Of a DNA stretch of 64,000 nucleotides, positions 52,640 to 62,389 are shown piece by piece; the first letter of the stretch is position 1; each line of letters begins with the position of its first letter. Source of the DNA: Parcubacteria group bacterium GW2011_GWE2_39_37 (GTDB lineage Bacteria > Patescibacteriota > Patescibacteriia > Patescibacteriales > GWE2-39-37); contig LBWY01000010.1 in assembly GCA_000995135.1 (NCBI GenBank), positions 10,382-74,381 of the forward strand, given 5' to 3'. Position numbers and translations under genes: made by a program. The notes below the pieces were generated by a model. That model saw only the letters and a list, made by a program, of their open reading frames with translations. It made no database searches and was not told the DNA's origin.

Positions 52640-52743
52640 TAATTTTCAATTTTTAAACAATTTTTCAATGACTTAATTAAAAAATTTAATAAATTAATTC
52701 CTTGTTTAGAAATTAAAAATTGAAAATTGAAAAATTAAAATTT
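52640..52743. repeat. AT-rich palindromic element (TTGAAAATT family), copy 3
   Basis: taattttcaatttttaaacaatttttcaatgac ... ccttgtttagaaattaaaaattgaaaattgaaaaatt. Confidence 0.7.
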
Positions 52744-55700
52744 AACTTTTCCTGAATTCACAAATATCAAAAAAATCGCAATATCGACAAAGAGGCGATG
52801 GAGTGGCAGTGAAATCACCCTGCTTGATCTCCTCGATAGTGCCAACGATTTTTTCTCTCACTTTATCAAGATCAGCTTGCGTAGCTTTGAATTCTATTTC
52901 TTGGTTATTCTCCAGGTAATAGAAAGCCAAAGCTCCCACTTGCTCTTTAAAAACTTCTTCGGCAGCCAACTGGTAGATCAAGAGCTGTTCTTTTTCGTTA
53001 AAAGTAAGCTTGTCCTTCGGGTTGCCGGTTTTATAATCTATTATCTTGATTTTTTTATCGCTTAAATTATCAATGCGATCTATCGTTCCGCGCAAAGTAT
53101 GGATTTCAGATCCTGATCTAATCTTTAGGCTGAAGCCTTTTTCGGTCAACTGGTTGTCCGGCCATCCTTCCTTATTCAATCTGTAAAATTCGGCCAGAAT
53201 AGACTTTCCTTTTTCCCGATACTCCTCTTTTTGTTTGTTTGAATTATACCAATCGTCAAGCCATGATTCTTCATAAAATTTCAGTATCTCATCCAAGGCA
53301 ACTTGTGGCTTATCAGACTTCGGCTTGCCGAACAATTCTCCCTGCCCGCGGTCGCGACGCTCGCGTAGGAGCTCAAAAGTCTTCTGCAAAGTGGAATGCA
53401 TAGTCTTGCCGAAAGAAAATACCCCTTTGCCCCGGATCGGGATCTTGAGGATGTGAGCAAAACGGTATTGATATGGACAGTTTTGAAAAGCCGCCAACTG
53501 GGAATAGGAAAAATGTTTGGGCAGATTAAAGATCTCTTTCTGCTCTTTTGCTTCTTTTTTGGCTGAGACAAAATTTTCTTCGTCCAGCTCTTTTTTGACC
53601 GTTCCTTTCACAACCTGCTTATCAACCAAGCCAAGTTCAACCAGAAAGAGAGAAGGTTTTTTTCCTCTTGCTCCGCCGTAATCTTTTGCCCAAGAAAAGA
53701 ACAACCCAGTTTTGGCTCTGGTCATAGCGACATAAAACAAACGACGTTCTTCTTCTAAATGAGAATCCCCTTCTGGCAACACTTCTTTGACCAGAGAATT
53801 AGGGATTTCAATCGCATCCTTGCGGCCGATTGCAGGAAAACGCTTATCAACCATGCTGACCACGAAAACATATTTGAATTCCAATCCTTTGGAGGCATGA
53901 ACAGTCATGATTTTGACCGTATCAGGACCGATTTCCAGATCCGGGCTCAAAGCGCCCTCTTCCCCTGCCATGATTTCCATGTCTAATTCTTCCAAAAATA
54001 ATTTTACAGTCTTTTCAGCGGTCGCCTGTTCAAAATCCGCTAACCGTTTCATGAATTGATTCAGATAGGACAAATTTTCCTGTTGTTCCCGGCCGGGCAA
54101 GCCCATAATATGCTTAAGATAGCCGCTTTCGTTCATGAAAGCGATCACCACCTCGCTCACCCGCTTCTCTCGAGCCATTTTTGAATGATTAGAAATCAAA
54201 GTTAATATTCTAAAAATTTTCTTCCTGGTTTCTTCTGCATATTGTTCATGATCAGCTCGACGCAGAGTTTCAAAAAGAGAACAAGCTTTCTTATTTGAAA
54301 CATAGTTAAAGTTCACTAATTCTTCATAGGTAAACTTTAAGAATGGCAGATTCAAGACCCGATACATCGCTCTGCTTTCATGGTAATCATCCAGTAATTT
54401 AAGATACGCCACCACATCCATGATTATCGGTTTAACATACAAACCGCGAGAGGCAAGAAATTGAAAGGAAATATTCCTTTTGTCCAATTCAGAACAGAAT
54501 TCTCCGGCCGTATCATTTGCCCGAACCAAAATCGAAAAATCACCCCAACTCAAATCTTTATCAGAATTTTTTATTTCGCTGATTTTATCGATCACCAGCC
54601 TTACTTCATCTTCAAAAGTATCGGCGGCGATCAATTCGATGGTTCCTTGGTCGTTTTGGTTGGATTTGAGCTGCTTATTCAGAGTTACGATCTCTTTTGT
54701 TTTTGCCTTTGTCTTGACGCTTGCCTTTTTCTCAGCCTGCATGATTTTTGCACCACTCAACTGCCATTCCAATCGGTTGGGATTGTTCAGCTTGATAAAC
54801 TCATAGGACAAGTCCAAAATGTTCTGTTTAGAGCGATAATTCTCAGTCAGGACTACCTGCTCGGCATCCGGATAGTCATTTTTGAATTGCAAGATATTGC
54901 TCATCGAAGCGCCTCGGAAACGATAAATGCTTTGATCATCATCACCGACTACGATCAGATTTCGACGCTTAGCGGCTAATAATTTCACCAATTCATACTG
55001 AGACCAATTAGTATCCTGAAATTCATCCACAACGATATACTTGAACTGTTCTTGATGTTTTGCCAGGAGTAAAGGCCGTTCTTTAAAAAGCTTCAAGCAA
55101 TAATTAATCAGATCGCCAAAATCCATCATTCCCTCATTTAACAGCAATTGCTGATAAATCTGATAGGCTTTTGCCACTTCTGCCAAGCGAAGCACTTCCT
55201 GTCCCAGCATATCATCAGTCACATTTTCTACTTTCAACTGAAGCTTGAGTTTTTCCAAAGCTGTTAACTCATGCCCCACTTTTAACTTTTTACTTTTTAC
55301 TTTTAACTTATCGATTGATGATTTTTCTAAATCCGAATGGAGCTTGCTAGTATAAGTCAAATAATCGTCCGGGGTGATATTCTCATCTTTCAAGCGAGAA
55401 AAATGTCTGATCAAAGCTTCGATAAATTTGGTCGGATTCCCAGCCGGCTTATAATAATTCAAATCGAATAAATCTAAGTTTTTCTGTATCAGACGCCACT
55501 GCTCGAATTCATTGATCAATTTGAACTGAGTCGGTAAACCGATATCCAACCCATGGGCTTTAAGAATTTTTTCTGCAAAGCCATGAAAAGTGGAAATCCA
55601 CAAATCAACATATCCCATCGGCAGTAAACGATCGACTCTCTCCTCCATTTCTGCCGCTGCTTTCTCGGTAAAAGTCAAAGCCAAGATCTCTTCCGGCTCT

Positions 55701-55852
55701 GCCCAACCCTGCTCAATCATATAACCTATTTTCTGTGTTATCGCATGCGTCTTGCCTGTACCGGCCCCTGCCACAATCAATAAAGGCCCATCCTTATGCA
55801 GGACTGCCTTTAACTGTTCACTGTTCAAATTTTCCATTAGATTGTCGGGCAT
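52742..55852 (-). CDS. UvrD/PcrA-type helicase fused to a C-terminal PD-(D/E)XK (AddB/Cas4-like, Cys-cluster) nuclease
   Basis: AGAGTGKT, VDEFQDTN, TVHASKGLEF. C-terminus has NCPYQYRF...GTIDRID...IIDYKTG...CRYCDFFDIC. Confidence 0.85.
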   Translation of the reverse strand: MPDNLMENLNSEQLKAVLHKDGPLLIVAGAGTGKTHAITQKIGYMIEQGWAEPEEILALTFTEKAAAEMEERVDRLLPMGYVDLWISTFHGFAEKILKAHGLDIGLPTQFKLINEFEQWRLIQKNLDLFDLNYYKPAGNPTKFIEALIRHFSRLKDENITPDDYLTYTSKLHSDLEKSSIDKLKVKSKKLKVGHELTALEKLKLQLKVENVTDDMLGQEVLRLAEVAKAYQIYQQLLLNEGMMDFGDLINYCLKLFKERPLLLAKHQEQFKYIVVDEFQDTNWSQYELVKLLAAKRRNLIVVGDDDQSIYRFRGASMSNILQFKNDYPDAEQVVLTENYRSKQNILDLSYEFIKLNNPNRLEWQLSGAKIMQAEKKASVKTKAKTKEIVTLNKQLKSNQNDQGTIELIAADTFEDEVRLVIDKISEIKNSDKDLSWGDFSILVRANDTAGEFCSELDKRNISFQFLASRGLYVKPIIMDVVAYLKLLDDYHESRAMYRVLNLPFLKFTYEELVNFNYVSNKKACSLFETLRRADHEQYAEETRKKIFRILTLISNHSKMAREKRVSEVVIAFMNESGYLKHIMGLPGREQQENLSYLNQFMKRLADFEQATAEKTVKLFLEELDMEIMAGEEGALSPDLEIGPDTVKIMTVHASKGLEFKYVFVVSMVDKRFPAIGRKDAIEIPNSLVKEVLPEGDSHLEEERRLFYVAMTRAKTGLFFSWAKDYGGARGKKPSLFLVELGLVDKQVVKGTVKKELDEENFVSAKKEAKEQKEIFNLPKHFSYSQLAAFQNCPYQYRFAHILKIPIRGKGVFSFGKTMHSTLQKTFELLRERRDRGQGELFGKPKSDKPQVALDEILKFYEESWLDDWYNSNKQKEEYREKGKSILAEFYRLNKEGWPDNQLTEKGFSLKIRSGSEIHTLRGTIDRIDNLSDKKIKIIDYKTGNPKDKLTFNEKEQLLIYQLAAEEVFKEQVGALAFYYLENNQEIEFKATQADLDKVREKIVGTIEEIKQGDFTATPSPLCRYCDFFDICEFRKS

Positions 55853-55862
55853 ATCAAAAAAA

Positions 55863-56342
55863 CTATTCTAAAATATTCAATTCATTAACAAACTGTTGGA
55901 TTTCATTTTCAAAGTTATCAGTAAAAACCTGCTTTGTCTTTAGTGCCATTGTGGCAATAGGCAGCTGGTTTACTATGCCTGTCATTTCTATAAAAGTACG
56001 TTTATCGCCATTGCTGCCCATAGTACAAAAAAAGGCAACTTTTTTTAATTTATTTTTTTGTTCTGTTAAATAAGTTCTAATTGCCACTGACATGGTCCAA
56101 GACCAGACTGGCGTGCCGACTATAACCAAATCAAACTCCTCAGGCTTAACATGGCTTGTTTCCAACATTGTCAGATTTTTAAAAGTTGCGTCTCTCCCAG
56201 CCAGTAGATAACCTTTCGCTCCGCTACGATCAAAGGTGTCCTTGACTTCCTCTAACGTCGCATTAATTTTGCTTGCCAGTGCTTCAGCAACTTTTCTAGT
56301 AATACCAGTTCTTGAATAATAAACGATTAAAATTTTAGGCAT
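55863..56342 (-). CDS. flavodoxin family protein
   Basis: MPKILIVYYSRTGITRKVAE FMN-binding N-terminus; length fits. Confidence 0.75.
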   Translation of the reverse strand: MPKILIVYYSRTGITRKVAEALASKINATLEEVKDTFDRSGAKGYLLAGRDATFKNLTMLETSHVKPEEFDLVIVGTPVWSWTMSVAIRTYLTEQKNKLKKVAFFCTMGSNGDKRTFIEMTGIVNQLPIATMALKTKQVFTDNFENEIQQFVNELNILE

Positions 56343-56350
56343 AATATTTA

Positions 56351-57658
56351 TTAAAATTTCAATAATTTTTTGAACCTATCTTCATCTTTATAAGGACCGA
56401 TCACCGCTAAATTCAAATTCTTGCCAATAAAAATATCGTTAGCGACTCTTCTTATGTCTTTTGCAGTTACTTTATTTATTTTTTTGATGAATTCTTCAGG
56501 AGAATAAACTGCTTCCCTGCCACGTTTTTTTGACCGCTGCTGAGTCAGCATCATCGCCGCTTGCCGACCATACCATTCAGCAACATCATCAGAAGATTCA
56601 AGCTGGATTACGATCTTGCCTTTGATCAGATCCTTGACTCTCTGCAATTCATCAGGCTTGATCAATTCTTCTCTAATTTTTTTGTACTCCTTCAGAATAA
56701 CCTTAATCGCTTCATCGATTTTTTCCATTTTCACGCCCGCTTGCGTCGAGAGATAGCCGGAATCGCTATAACCCTCTACAGAAGTCCTTACATAATATGC
56801 CAAACCGCGTCGTTCGCGCAATTCAATGAATAAACGAGAGCTCATTGAACCGCCTAGTATGATAGACAACAATTTTAAAGCCATTTCATCCGGATGGCCG
56901 TGCGAATAAGCATGTACCCCTAAAGAAAGATGGGCTTGATCAGTTTTTTTAAAATTGATTTTTAATGCCGGTGAAGATTGATTGACAGCAACAATGTCTT
57001 TTTCTTTAAAATCAATCCTTTCATGCTTAGCTGCAAAATCTGCAAAATATTTTTCTACCTTTTTAACTGTTCCCGGCTTGATGTTTCCGGCCAGACAGAT
57101 TACGCTATTGCCAGGCTTATATTGCCCGGTAAAATATCTGATAAAATCTTCTCGTGTAAATTTAGAAACTGTCTCCTTGGTACCGCTAGTATCACGACCA
57201 GCAGGAGTATCACCATACAAACATTCCTCAAATACATCCTCGATATACATCATCGGATTATCTGCATACATATTGATCTCCTCGATGATCACCCCTTTTT
57301 CTCTTTCAATCTCAGCTTTATCAAATTTAGAATTAAGCAGCATATCACTGACGATATCAAGCGCTGTCTCAGTCTTGCTCGCATCGACTTTCATCCAAAA
57401 ACCGGTTGATTCTTTTGAAGTGAAGGCATTGAAATCTCCGCCGGTTGAGTCCATCTCGCTGGACAATATCTTGGTTGTCGGTCTTTTTTTAGTGCCTTTA
57501 AAAAACATATGCTCTAAAAAATGGGATATCCCGGTCAATTGCTTTTCTTCATAGCGCGAGCCGGTCCCGACCATCACCAGTGCAGTTATAGTCTTTGTGC
57601 CCTCGATGGGTGCTGTTACTAAAGTTAGGCCATTTTTTAATTTCTGTAGATTAAACAT
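56351..57658 (-). CDS. M16 (pitrilysin) family zinc peptidase
   Basis: HFLEHMFFKGT inverted HxxEH zinc motif. Two-lobed length. Confidence 0.85.
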   Translation of the reverse strand: MFNLQKLKNGLTLVTAPIEGTKTITALVMVGTGSRYEEKQLTGISHFLEHMFFKGTKKRPTTKILSSEMDSTGGDFNAFTSKESTGFWMKVDASKTETALDIVSDMLLNSKFDKAEIEREKGVIIEEINMYADNPMMYIEDVFEECLYGDTPAGRDTSGTKETVSKFTREDFIRYFTGQYKPGNSVICLAGNIKPGTVKKVEKYFADFAAKHERIDFKEKDIVAVNQSSPALKINFKKTDQAHLSLGVHAYSHGHPDEMALKLLSIILGGSMSSRLFIELRERRGLAYYVRTSVEGYSDSGYLSTQAGVKMEKIDEAIKVILKEYKKIREELIKPDELQRVKDLIKGKIVIQLESSDDVAEWYGRQAAMMLTQQRSKKRGREAVYSPEEFIKKINKVTAKDIRRVANDIFIGKNLNLAVIGPYKDEDRFKKLLKF

Positions 57659-57730
57659 GAGTTTTCATTATTTTATTTATATAATAACTATATAGTAAAA
57701 AACCTTAAAATTCAAATAAAAAAAGCCTGT

Positions 57731-57946
57731 TCAGCTGACAGGCTTGTCGGTATTTTTTTTACCTTTTTTTTGGTGGTTCTTGTAGATGATTACATTGAAG
57801 AAAAGACAGGCGGCTAGGGAGATAAAAAGATAGCTTAATCCCTCCACCTTGCCGGTAAAAAGCGTAAAAAGGAATCTGAGCATCGCCAGGAACAGATTCA
57901 GGATCAACAAGACACCAGAAGAAAAAACCAATTTTTCAATGGACAC
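57731..57946 (-). CDS. hypothetical small two-TM protein (71 aa)
   Basis: ORF with two hydrophobic segments only. Confidence 0.35.
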   Translation of the reverse strand: MSIEKLVFSSGVLLILNLFLAMLRFLFTLFTGKVEGLSYLFISLAACLFFNVIIYKNHQKKGKKNTDKPVS

Positions 57947-57956
57947 ACCATACCTC

Positions 57957-58418
57957 CTAATGATGATATTCTTTATTTTTAATGATAGTTGTGGCGCGAT
58001 AAATTTGCTCGATCAATACCACCCTAGCCAATTCATGCGGCATTGTCAATCTGGATAAAGATAAACGTGAAAAACCATCCAGAATCTTAAAATCAAAACC
58101 CAAGCTTCCCCCGATCACAAAAATAATATGTCCATTGATTTTTTCCAACGACTGAGCAAATTTTTCAGAAGTATGCTCTTCACCTTTCTCATCCAACAAT
58201 AAGACCCTGCTATCTGGAAATTTTTTTAAATAATTCGTAATCCGTTCGCCCTCTTTTCTTTTTGCGTTGAGCCTATTTGCGTCATCGAAACTTTCCGCCT
58301 TCACTTCTTCGACGATACACTTGGCGTATGGCTTAAGACGTTTCAAATATTCGGTAAACGCTACTAAAAAATGCTTTTCTTTGATCTTGCCGACAGCAAG
58401 AATGGTGATATTAAGCAT
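57957..58418 (-). CDS. rlmH: 23S rRNA (pseudouridine1915-N3)-methyltransferase RlmH
   Basis: SPOUT pattern: ILAVGKIK..., FVIGGSLGF and LSLSRLTMPHELARVVLIEQIYRA. Confidence 0.88.
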   Translation of the reverse strand: MLNITILAVGKIKEKHFLVAFTEYLKRLKPYAKCIVEEVKAESFDDANRLNAKRKEGERITNYLKKFPDSRVLLLDEKGEEHTSEKFAQSLEKINGHIIFVIGGSLGFDFKILDGFSRLSLSRLTMPHELARVVLIEQIYRATTIIKNKEYHH

Positions 58419-58931
58419 TTATTCTAGTGAATGATTGATTTCAAATGCCATCGTTTGACCAGTAACTGGATCTTCTTTGGCTGCTGGCATCTTTTGCTCT
58501 TCTTCCTTGATCACGTTGGTCTTTTTGAACTTAACGCTAAAAATCGGCTCATAAGCATTGTTATACATGTCTACCACTTCGATCGATTCGCCATTCATTA
58601 TCTTGGTCAGGGCGATATCATTCAACATCATGTTCTGAGTTTCCAAATCTATTTTCAAATCATCAAGCTTGTCTAATTCTGCCTTGAATTCTTCCTTGAT
58701 CGATTGTTCTAACACCTTTTTTGATTCTTTCATTACCTTGAGATCATCAACTAGCTTCTTATATTCGCCGGAGTTATTCAAAGCATCCCTGAATGCTGTC
58801 TTGATTGTTTTTTGTTGTTTTTTAACTTCCTGGATCTGATTGAACACTTCTTGGATGTTTTGCATAAATAAAAATAAATAAATTAATACTGCGAAAAAAA
58901 TGCAATAATATGCCTCTGGATATTCTAGCAC
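58419..58931 (-). CDS. hypothetical coiled-coil protein (start uncertain, alternative ATG at 58865)
   Basis: Possible N-terminal TM helix followed by a K/E-rich heptad-like region. Its stop abuts the rlmH start. Confidence 0.5.
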   Translation of the reverse strand: MLEYPEAYYCIFFAVLIYLFLFMQNIQEVFNQIQEVKKQQKTIKTAFRDALNNSGEYKKLVDDLKVMKESKKVLEQSIKEEFKAELDKLDDLKIDLETQNMMLNDIALTKIMNGESIEVVDMYNNAYEPIFSVKFKKTNVIKEEEQKMPAAKEDPVTGQTMAFEINHSLE

Positions 58932-59008
58932 AATTTCCGGTTAAAGCAATTTTCAAAAATAATTAAAAATGTTATAATAAATTTAAATTAATAAATAAAA
59001 ATGCAACT

Positions 59009-59353
59009 ATGAAAAAACTTTTCGTGTTAAGTTTGTTGGTTGTCTTATTTGCCAGCGGCTGCAGTTTGTTCGGCAATGCTGGTAAATCGACAGACATGAA
59101 CTCTGTTCCGACGAACAGGACCATCGATATTAAAAATTCCGTCTTTATGCCTTCTACCTCAAGCATCAAAGCTGGTGACAGCGTCACTTGGACCAATCAG
59201 GACACGTTCGCGCATTCCATCAAGGCTGATGATTTTAGTTCTTCTGAACTAACAACCGGACAAACCTATACTTTTACTTTCAAGAAAAAAGGAACTTATG
59301 AATATGTCTGCGACCTTCATCCGAATATGAAAGGCAAGATAGTGGTAGAATAA
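59009..59353 (+). CDS. cupredoxin (type-1 blue copper) lipoprotein
   Basis: Lipobox LFASGC. Ligand set is His (TFAHS) plus C-x2-H-x2-M (VCDLHPNM). C-terminus GKIVVE. Confidence 0.75.
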   Translation: MKKLFVLSLLVVLFASGCSLFGNAGKSTDMNSVPTNRTIDIKNSVFMPSTSSIKAGDSVTWTNQDTFAHSIKADDFSSSELTTGQTYTFTFKKKGTYEYVCDLHPNMKGKIVVE

Positions 59354-59365
59354 TATTTACCAATC

Positions 59366-59394
59366 GAAAAAAGCTCCGCTCAGGGGCTTTTTTA
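59366..59394. terminator. bidirectional terminator
   Basis: aaaaaAGCtCCgctcaGGgGCTttttt. Confidence 0.6.
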
Positions 59395-59395
59395 T

Positions 59396-60079
59396 TTATC
59401 TTTTTCGCAGATAAGCCAGCCAATAATTGCGCTTATAGCTCTGGTTGCCAAATTTGGCGTAACTAGATTTCTTATCTAAAGCAATGATTTCAAAATAATC
59501 TGAATACAGGTCTCGAAAATCTTTTTCACTGAAAACTCTTTCGATCAAACCCATCTCCTTTATCAGATAGGTATCTTTTTCTTTGCCAGGAAACATTTTC
59601 AGCAAATTTTTGGCATTCTTGTCGCCATCAAGACACAAGGCTCGCACAAAAAAATATGCTCCCGGCTTCAATACGCGCTTTGTTTCTGCAAGATAAATAT
59701 TACGCTCTTCTTCGTTCAAAGAATTGGAAGAAGTGACATCGATCGCCAGATCAAAATCATTGTCAGGAAAAGGATATTCATCGCCGATACTCTGATTGAT
59801 ATACCGGACTCCGACTCCCCTTGCCGTTGCATTCTCGCTTGCTATCTTAATGGCAGTTTTGGAAATCTCCAAACCCACCACTTCATTCCCCAGTTCAGCT
59901 AGATAGTTAGCGTTTTTACCCGAGCCGGAACCAAGATCCAAGATTTTCAAATTATTTCTTTCGCTCCCTTTTTTTCTTAAAAATTTTAAAAAATTTCGCA
60001 CATCCTTCAACGGCTCCTCACCTCCGGTGACCAGCTGCGGATTTTGATATTCTTTTTCCCAGATTAACTGTTGCGCCAT
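59396..60079 (-). CDS. class I SAM-dependent methyltransferase
   Basis: ILDLGSGSGKNANYLA motif I and a downstream acidic loop. Confidence 0.8.
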   Translation of the reverse strand: MAQQLIWEKEYQNPQLVTGGEEPLKDVRNFLKFLRKKGSERNNLKILDLGSGSGKNANYLAELGNEVVGLEISKTAIKIASENATARGVGVRYINQSIGDEYPFPDNDFDLAIDVTSSNSLNEEERNIYLAETKRVLKPGAYFFVRALCLDGDKNAKNLLKMFPGKEKDTYLIKEMGLIERVFSEKDFRDLYSDYFEIIALDKKSSYAKFGNQSYKRNYWLAYLRKR

Positions 60080-60081
60080 GA

Positions 60082-60528
60082 TTATTTTTTATTATTTTTC
60101 AGGTACATCCTTACTCCATCAAGCATACCCGAGGCAAAATATTTTTTTAACGGTATCTTCTCAAGCATTGCCCATTCATAAGCGACATGTTCATCGCTGA
60201 TTATTATTTTCCCACTTTTATACAAAGCCTCGAAAAAGACATACAGGACATGAGATTCTTCTCGCTTATTTTTTATCGCCGGCAACAGATGGCGAGCGAT
60301 CGCGACCGGTTTTAATATTAATTTATAATTGATTTCACCGATCTCTTCCTTTATTTCTCTTTGAATGATATCTTCTATGGCAACCGTAAATTCCTCGACG
60401 TCTATTCTTCCGCCGGGGAAATCAAACATATTGGGCATTGTACCGCTATCTGGATTTTTCAAAAACAACGTCTCTCCCTTTTTATTTTTTAATATTACTT
60501 TTAATGAAATCTGATAATTATCAACCAT
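60082..60528 (-). CDS. NUDIX hydrolase
   Basis: FPGGRIDVEEFTVAIEDIIQREIKEEIGE Nudix box. Confidence 0.75.
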   Translation of the reverse strand: MVDNYQISLKVILKNKKGETLFLKNPDSGTMPNMFDFPGGRIDVEEFTVAIEDIIQREIKEEIGEINYKLILKPVAIARHLLPAIKNKREESHVLYVFFEALYKSGKIIISDEHVAYEWAMLEKIPLKKYFASGMLDGVRMYLKNNKK

Positions 60529-60561
60529 ACTTTGGCTAGTTAAATTTTTAATACCTTCATC

Positions 60562-61455
60562 TTAACAATAAAAAACCTTGACCAGAGCTTCCATGTACTT
60601 GTCGGCCGTTTTCCGGATGATTTCTTCCGGCAATGGCGGCGCCGGAGCGGTCTTGCCCCAGTCGAGAGTTTCGAGGTAGTCGCGGAGGAACTGCTTGTCG
60701 AAAGAAGGTTGCGGACCTCCCGGTTTGTACAGATTTTTCGGCCAGAAGCGGCTGGAATCCGGAGTCATGCACTCGTCGATCAAGATTATCTGACCATTGG
60801 GCAAACGGCCAAATTCGAATTTAGTATCGGCGATGATAATTCCCTTAGTGATGGCGATGTTGCGAGCTCTGGCATAGATAGCCAAAGTAACATCTCTAAC
60901 CAGTTCAGCTGTTCTTTTACCGCACAGCCTTGCCATCTTCTCGAATGAGATGTTTTCATCGTGCTTACCGAGCTCTGCCTTGGTGGAGGGAGTGAAAATC
61001 GGCTCCGGAAGTAGATCCGATTCAACCAGACCCGCCGGAAGGCCGATACCGCAAATGGCGCCAGTCGCTTTGTAGTCCTTCCAGCCCGAACCGGAAAGAT
61101 AGCCACGAACGATACACTCAGCCGGTAACGGTCGTGCTTTACGCACCAGCATAAACCGACCTTCCAGAACATCCGAGTATTTTACGCAACTTCTCGGCAA
61201 ATGTCTGGTTTCAGTGGTAATAAGGTGATTCGGAATTATCCCCTGCATCGCGCGGAACCAGAAGTTAGAAATCTGAGTCAGGACGTAGCCCTTGTCCGGA
61301 ATCCCTTCGTTCATGATGACGTCAAAGGCCGAAATGCGATCGGTGGTGACGATCAAAAGCTTGTCACCAAGATCGTAGATGTCGCGGACCTTGCCGCGAC
61401 CTACCAACTTGAGATCAGGAAAATCGGTTTTTAAAACTAGCGGTGTTTTTGACAT
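60562..61455 (-). CDS. purC: phosphoribosylaminoimidazole-succinocarboxamide (SAICAR) synthase
   Basis: [33 protein letters not shown] and DSSRFWP. AAGGAGaaaccaa precedes the ATG. Visibly GC-rich against AT-rich flanks. Confidence 0.92.
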   Translation of the reverse strand: MSKTPLVLKTDFPDLKLVGRGKVRDIYDLGDKLLIVTTDRISAFDVIMNEGIPDKGYVLTQISNFWFRAMQGIIPNHLITTETRHLPRSCVKYSDVLEGRFMLVRKARPLPAECIVRGYLSGSGWKDYKATGAICGIGLPAGLVESDLLPEPIFTPSTKAELGKHDENISFEKMARLCGKRTAELVRDVTLAIYARARNIAITKGIIIADTKFEFGRLPNGQIILIDECMTPDSSRFWPKNLYKPGGPQPSFDKQFLRDYLETLDWGKTAPAPPLPEEIIRKTADKYMEALVKVFYC

Positions 61456-61742
61456 TTGGTTTCTCCTTGCAGATAGATTAAATACATTTGCAACCTAGCT
61501 CCTTTTTTTACAACCTCCTTATATTTTTTATCTTCCTACTTCCTCCCCAACAACCTTACTACTTTTTAAGCTTAAAACTGAAGATGAAGTCACCTGCAAA
61601 AACGACAAGCTTAGAACTATCTCGTCAAACCGAAGCTTAACAAATTTATAAAATGACCTAGCTCAAAACTAAAATGAGTTTAGAGATTATCTTAAACTAT
61701 CATGATTAGGCTAAAATTGCAAGGATAATTAGCCAGAAATAT

Positions 61743-61815
61743 TGGGGAGACGAGATGGTAGCGCCGCCAGAGCCATACATGACGGAGTTACCACTTCCTC
61801 GTCCCAATGCTTCGG
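61743..61815 (-). other. GC-rich extended stem-loop just 3' of rpsD
   Basis: On the minus strand, GGGACGAG...GTGGTA...TACCAT-CTCGTCTCCC. No clear U-tract. Function unknown. Confidence 0.3.
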
Positions 61816-61823
61816 ACTAATTA

Positions 61824-62384
61824 TTATGAATAAAACTCGATAATCAATTCAAAATCGACATCACGACGGATATCGCTTTTCGCCGGGTAATGCCTAACTA
61901 TCCCTAACCCATCTTCCCTTCCTAGCCAGCCCGGTAAATTTTCCGGCTTACGCTCTGATATTTTTTCTCTCTCCAAAATCTTGTCCAAGATATTCTTGCC
62001 CATACTGATATTGTCTCTAGCTATGACTTGATAGGATGGAATATCGATTTTGTTGTCGTTGACGAAAACATGTCCGTGAGAAACCAACTGCCTCGCTTCT
62101 TGCCTGCTTCTGGCAAAACCGAAACTGAAAATTACATTGTCCAGCCTCATCTCTAGCTTTCGAAACAGGAACAGTGCCGGATCTTCATGAGATTTGATCG
62201 CCTCATTAACATAGCGGCTGAACTGCTTTTCCGAAATATCATAGATGAATTTTAGCTTCTGTTTTTCTTCCAACCGTTGTCCATAAGCAGTCTTGTTTTT
62301 TTTGAATATACGTTGCTGCGTTTTCTGCGGCAGCAAACCGAAACGTCTCAAATATTTGGTTCTAGGTCCGAGATATCTGCCCAT
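61824..62384 (-). CDS. rpsD: 30S ribosomal protein S4
   Basis: MGRYLGPRTKYLRRFG N-terminus and an S4 RNA-binding domain (RLDNVIF..GFA.SR.EARQLV.HGH). Confidence 0.92.
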   Translation of the reverse strand: MGRYLGPRTKYLRRFGLLPQKTQQRIFKKNKTAYGQRLEEKQKLKFIYDISEKQFSRYVNEAIKSHEDPALFLFRKLEMRLDNVIFSFGFARSRQEARQLVSHGHVFVNDNKIDIPSYQVIARDNISMGKNILDKILEREKISERKPENLPGWLGREDGLGIVRHYPAKSDIRRDVDFELIIEFYS

Positions 62385-62389
62385 ATGCG

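Noticed and set aside
17074-57554. Other long antisense ORFs in the track, e.g. 17074-17460, 18461-19177, 21653-22213, 24465-24995, 26451-26858, 54461-54979, 56982-57554 and 63336-63758.
   Set aside because: All lie opposite strongly supported genes (ftsZ, ftsA, the surface proteins, the helicase, the M16 peptidase, lon). Their translations are low-complexity with no motifs.
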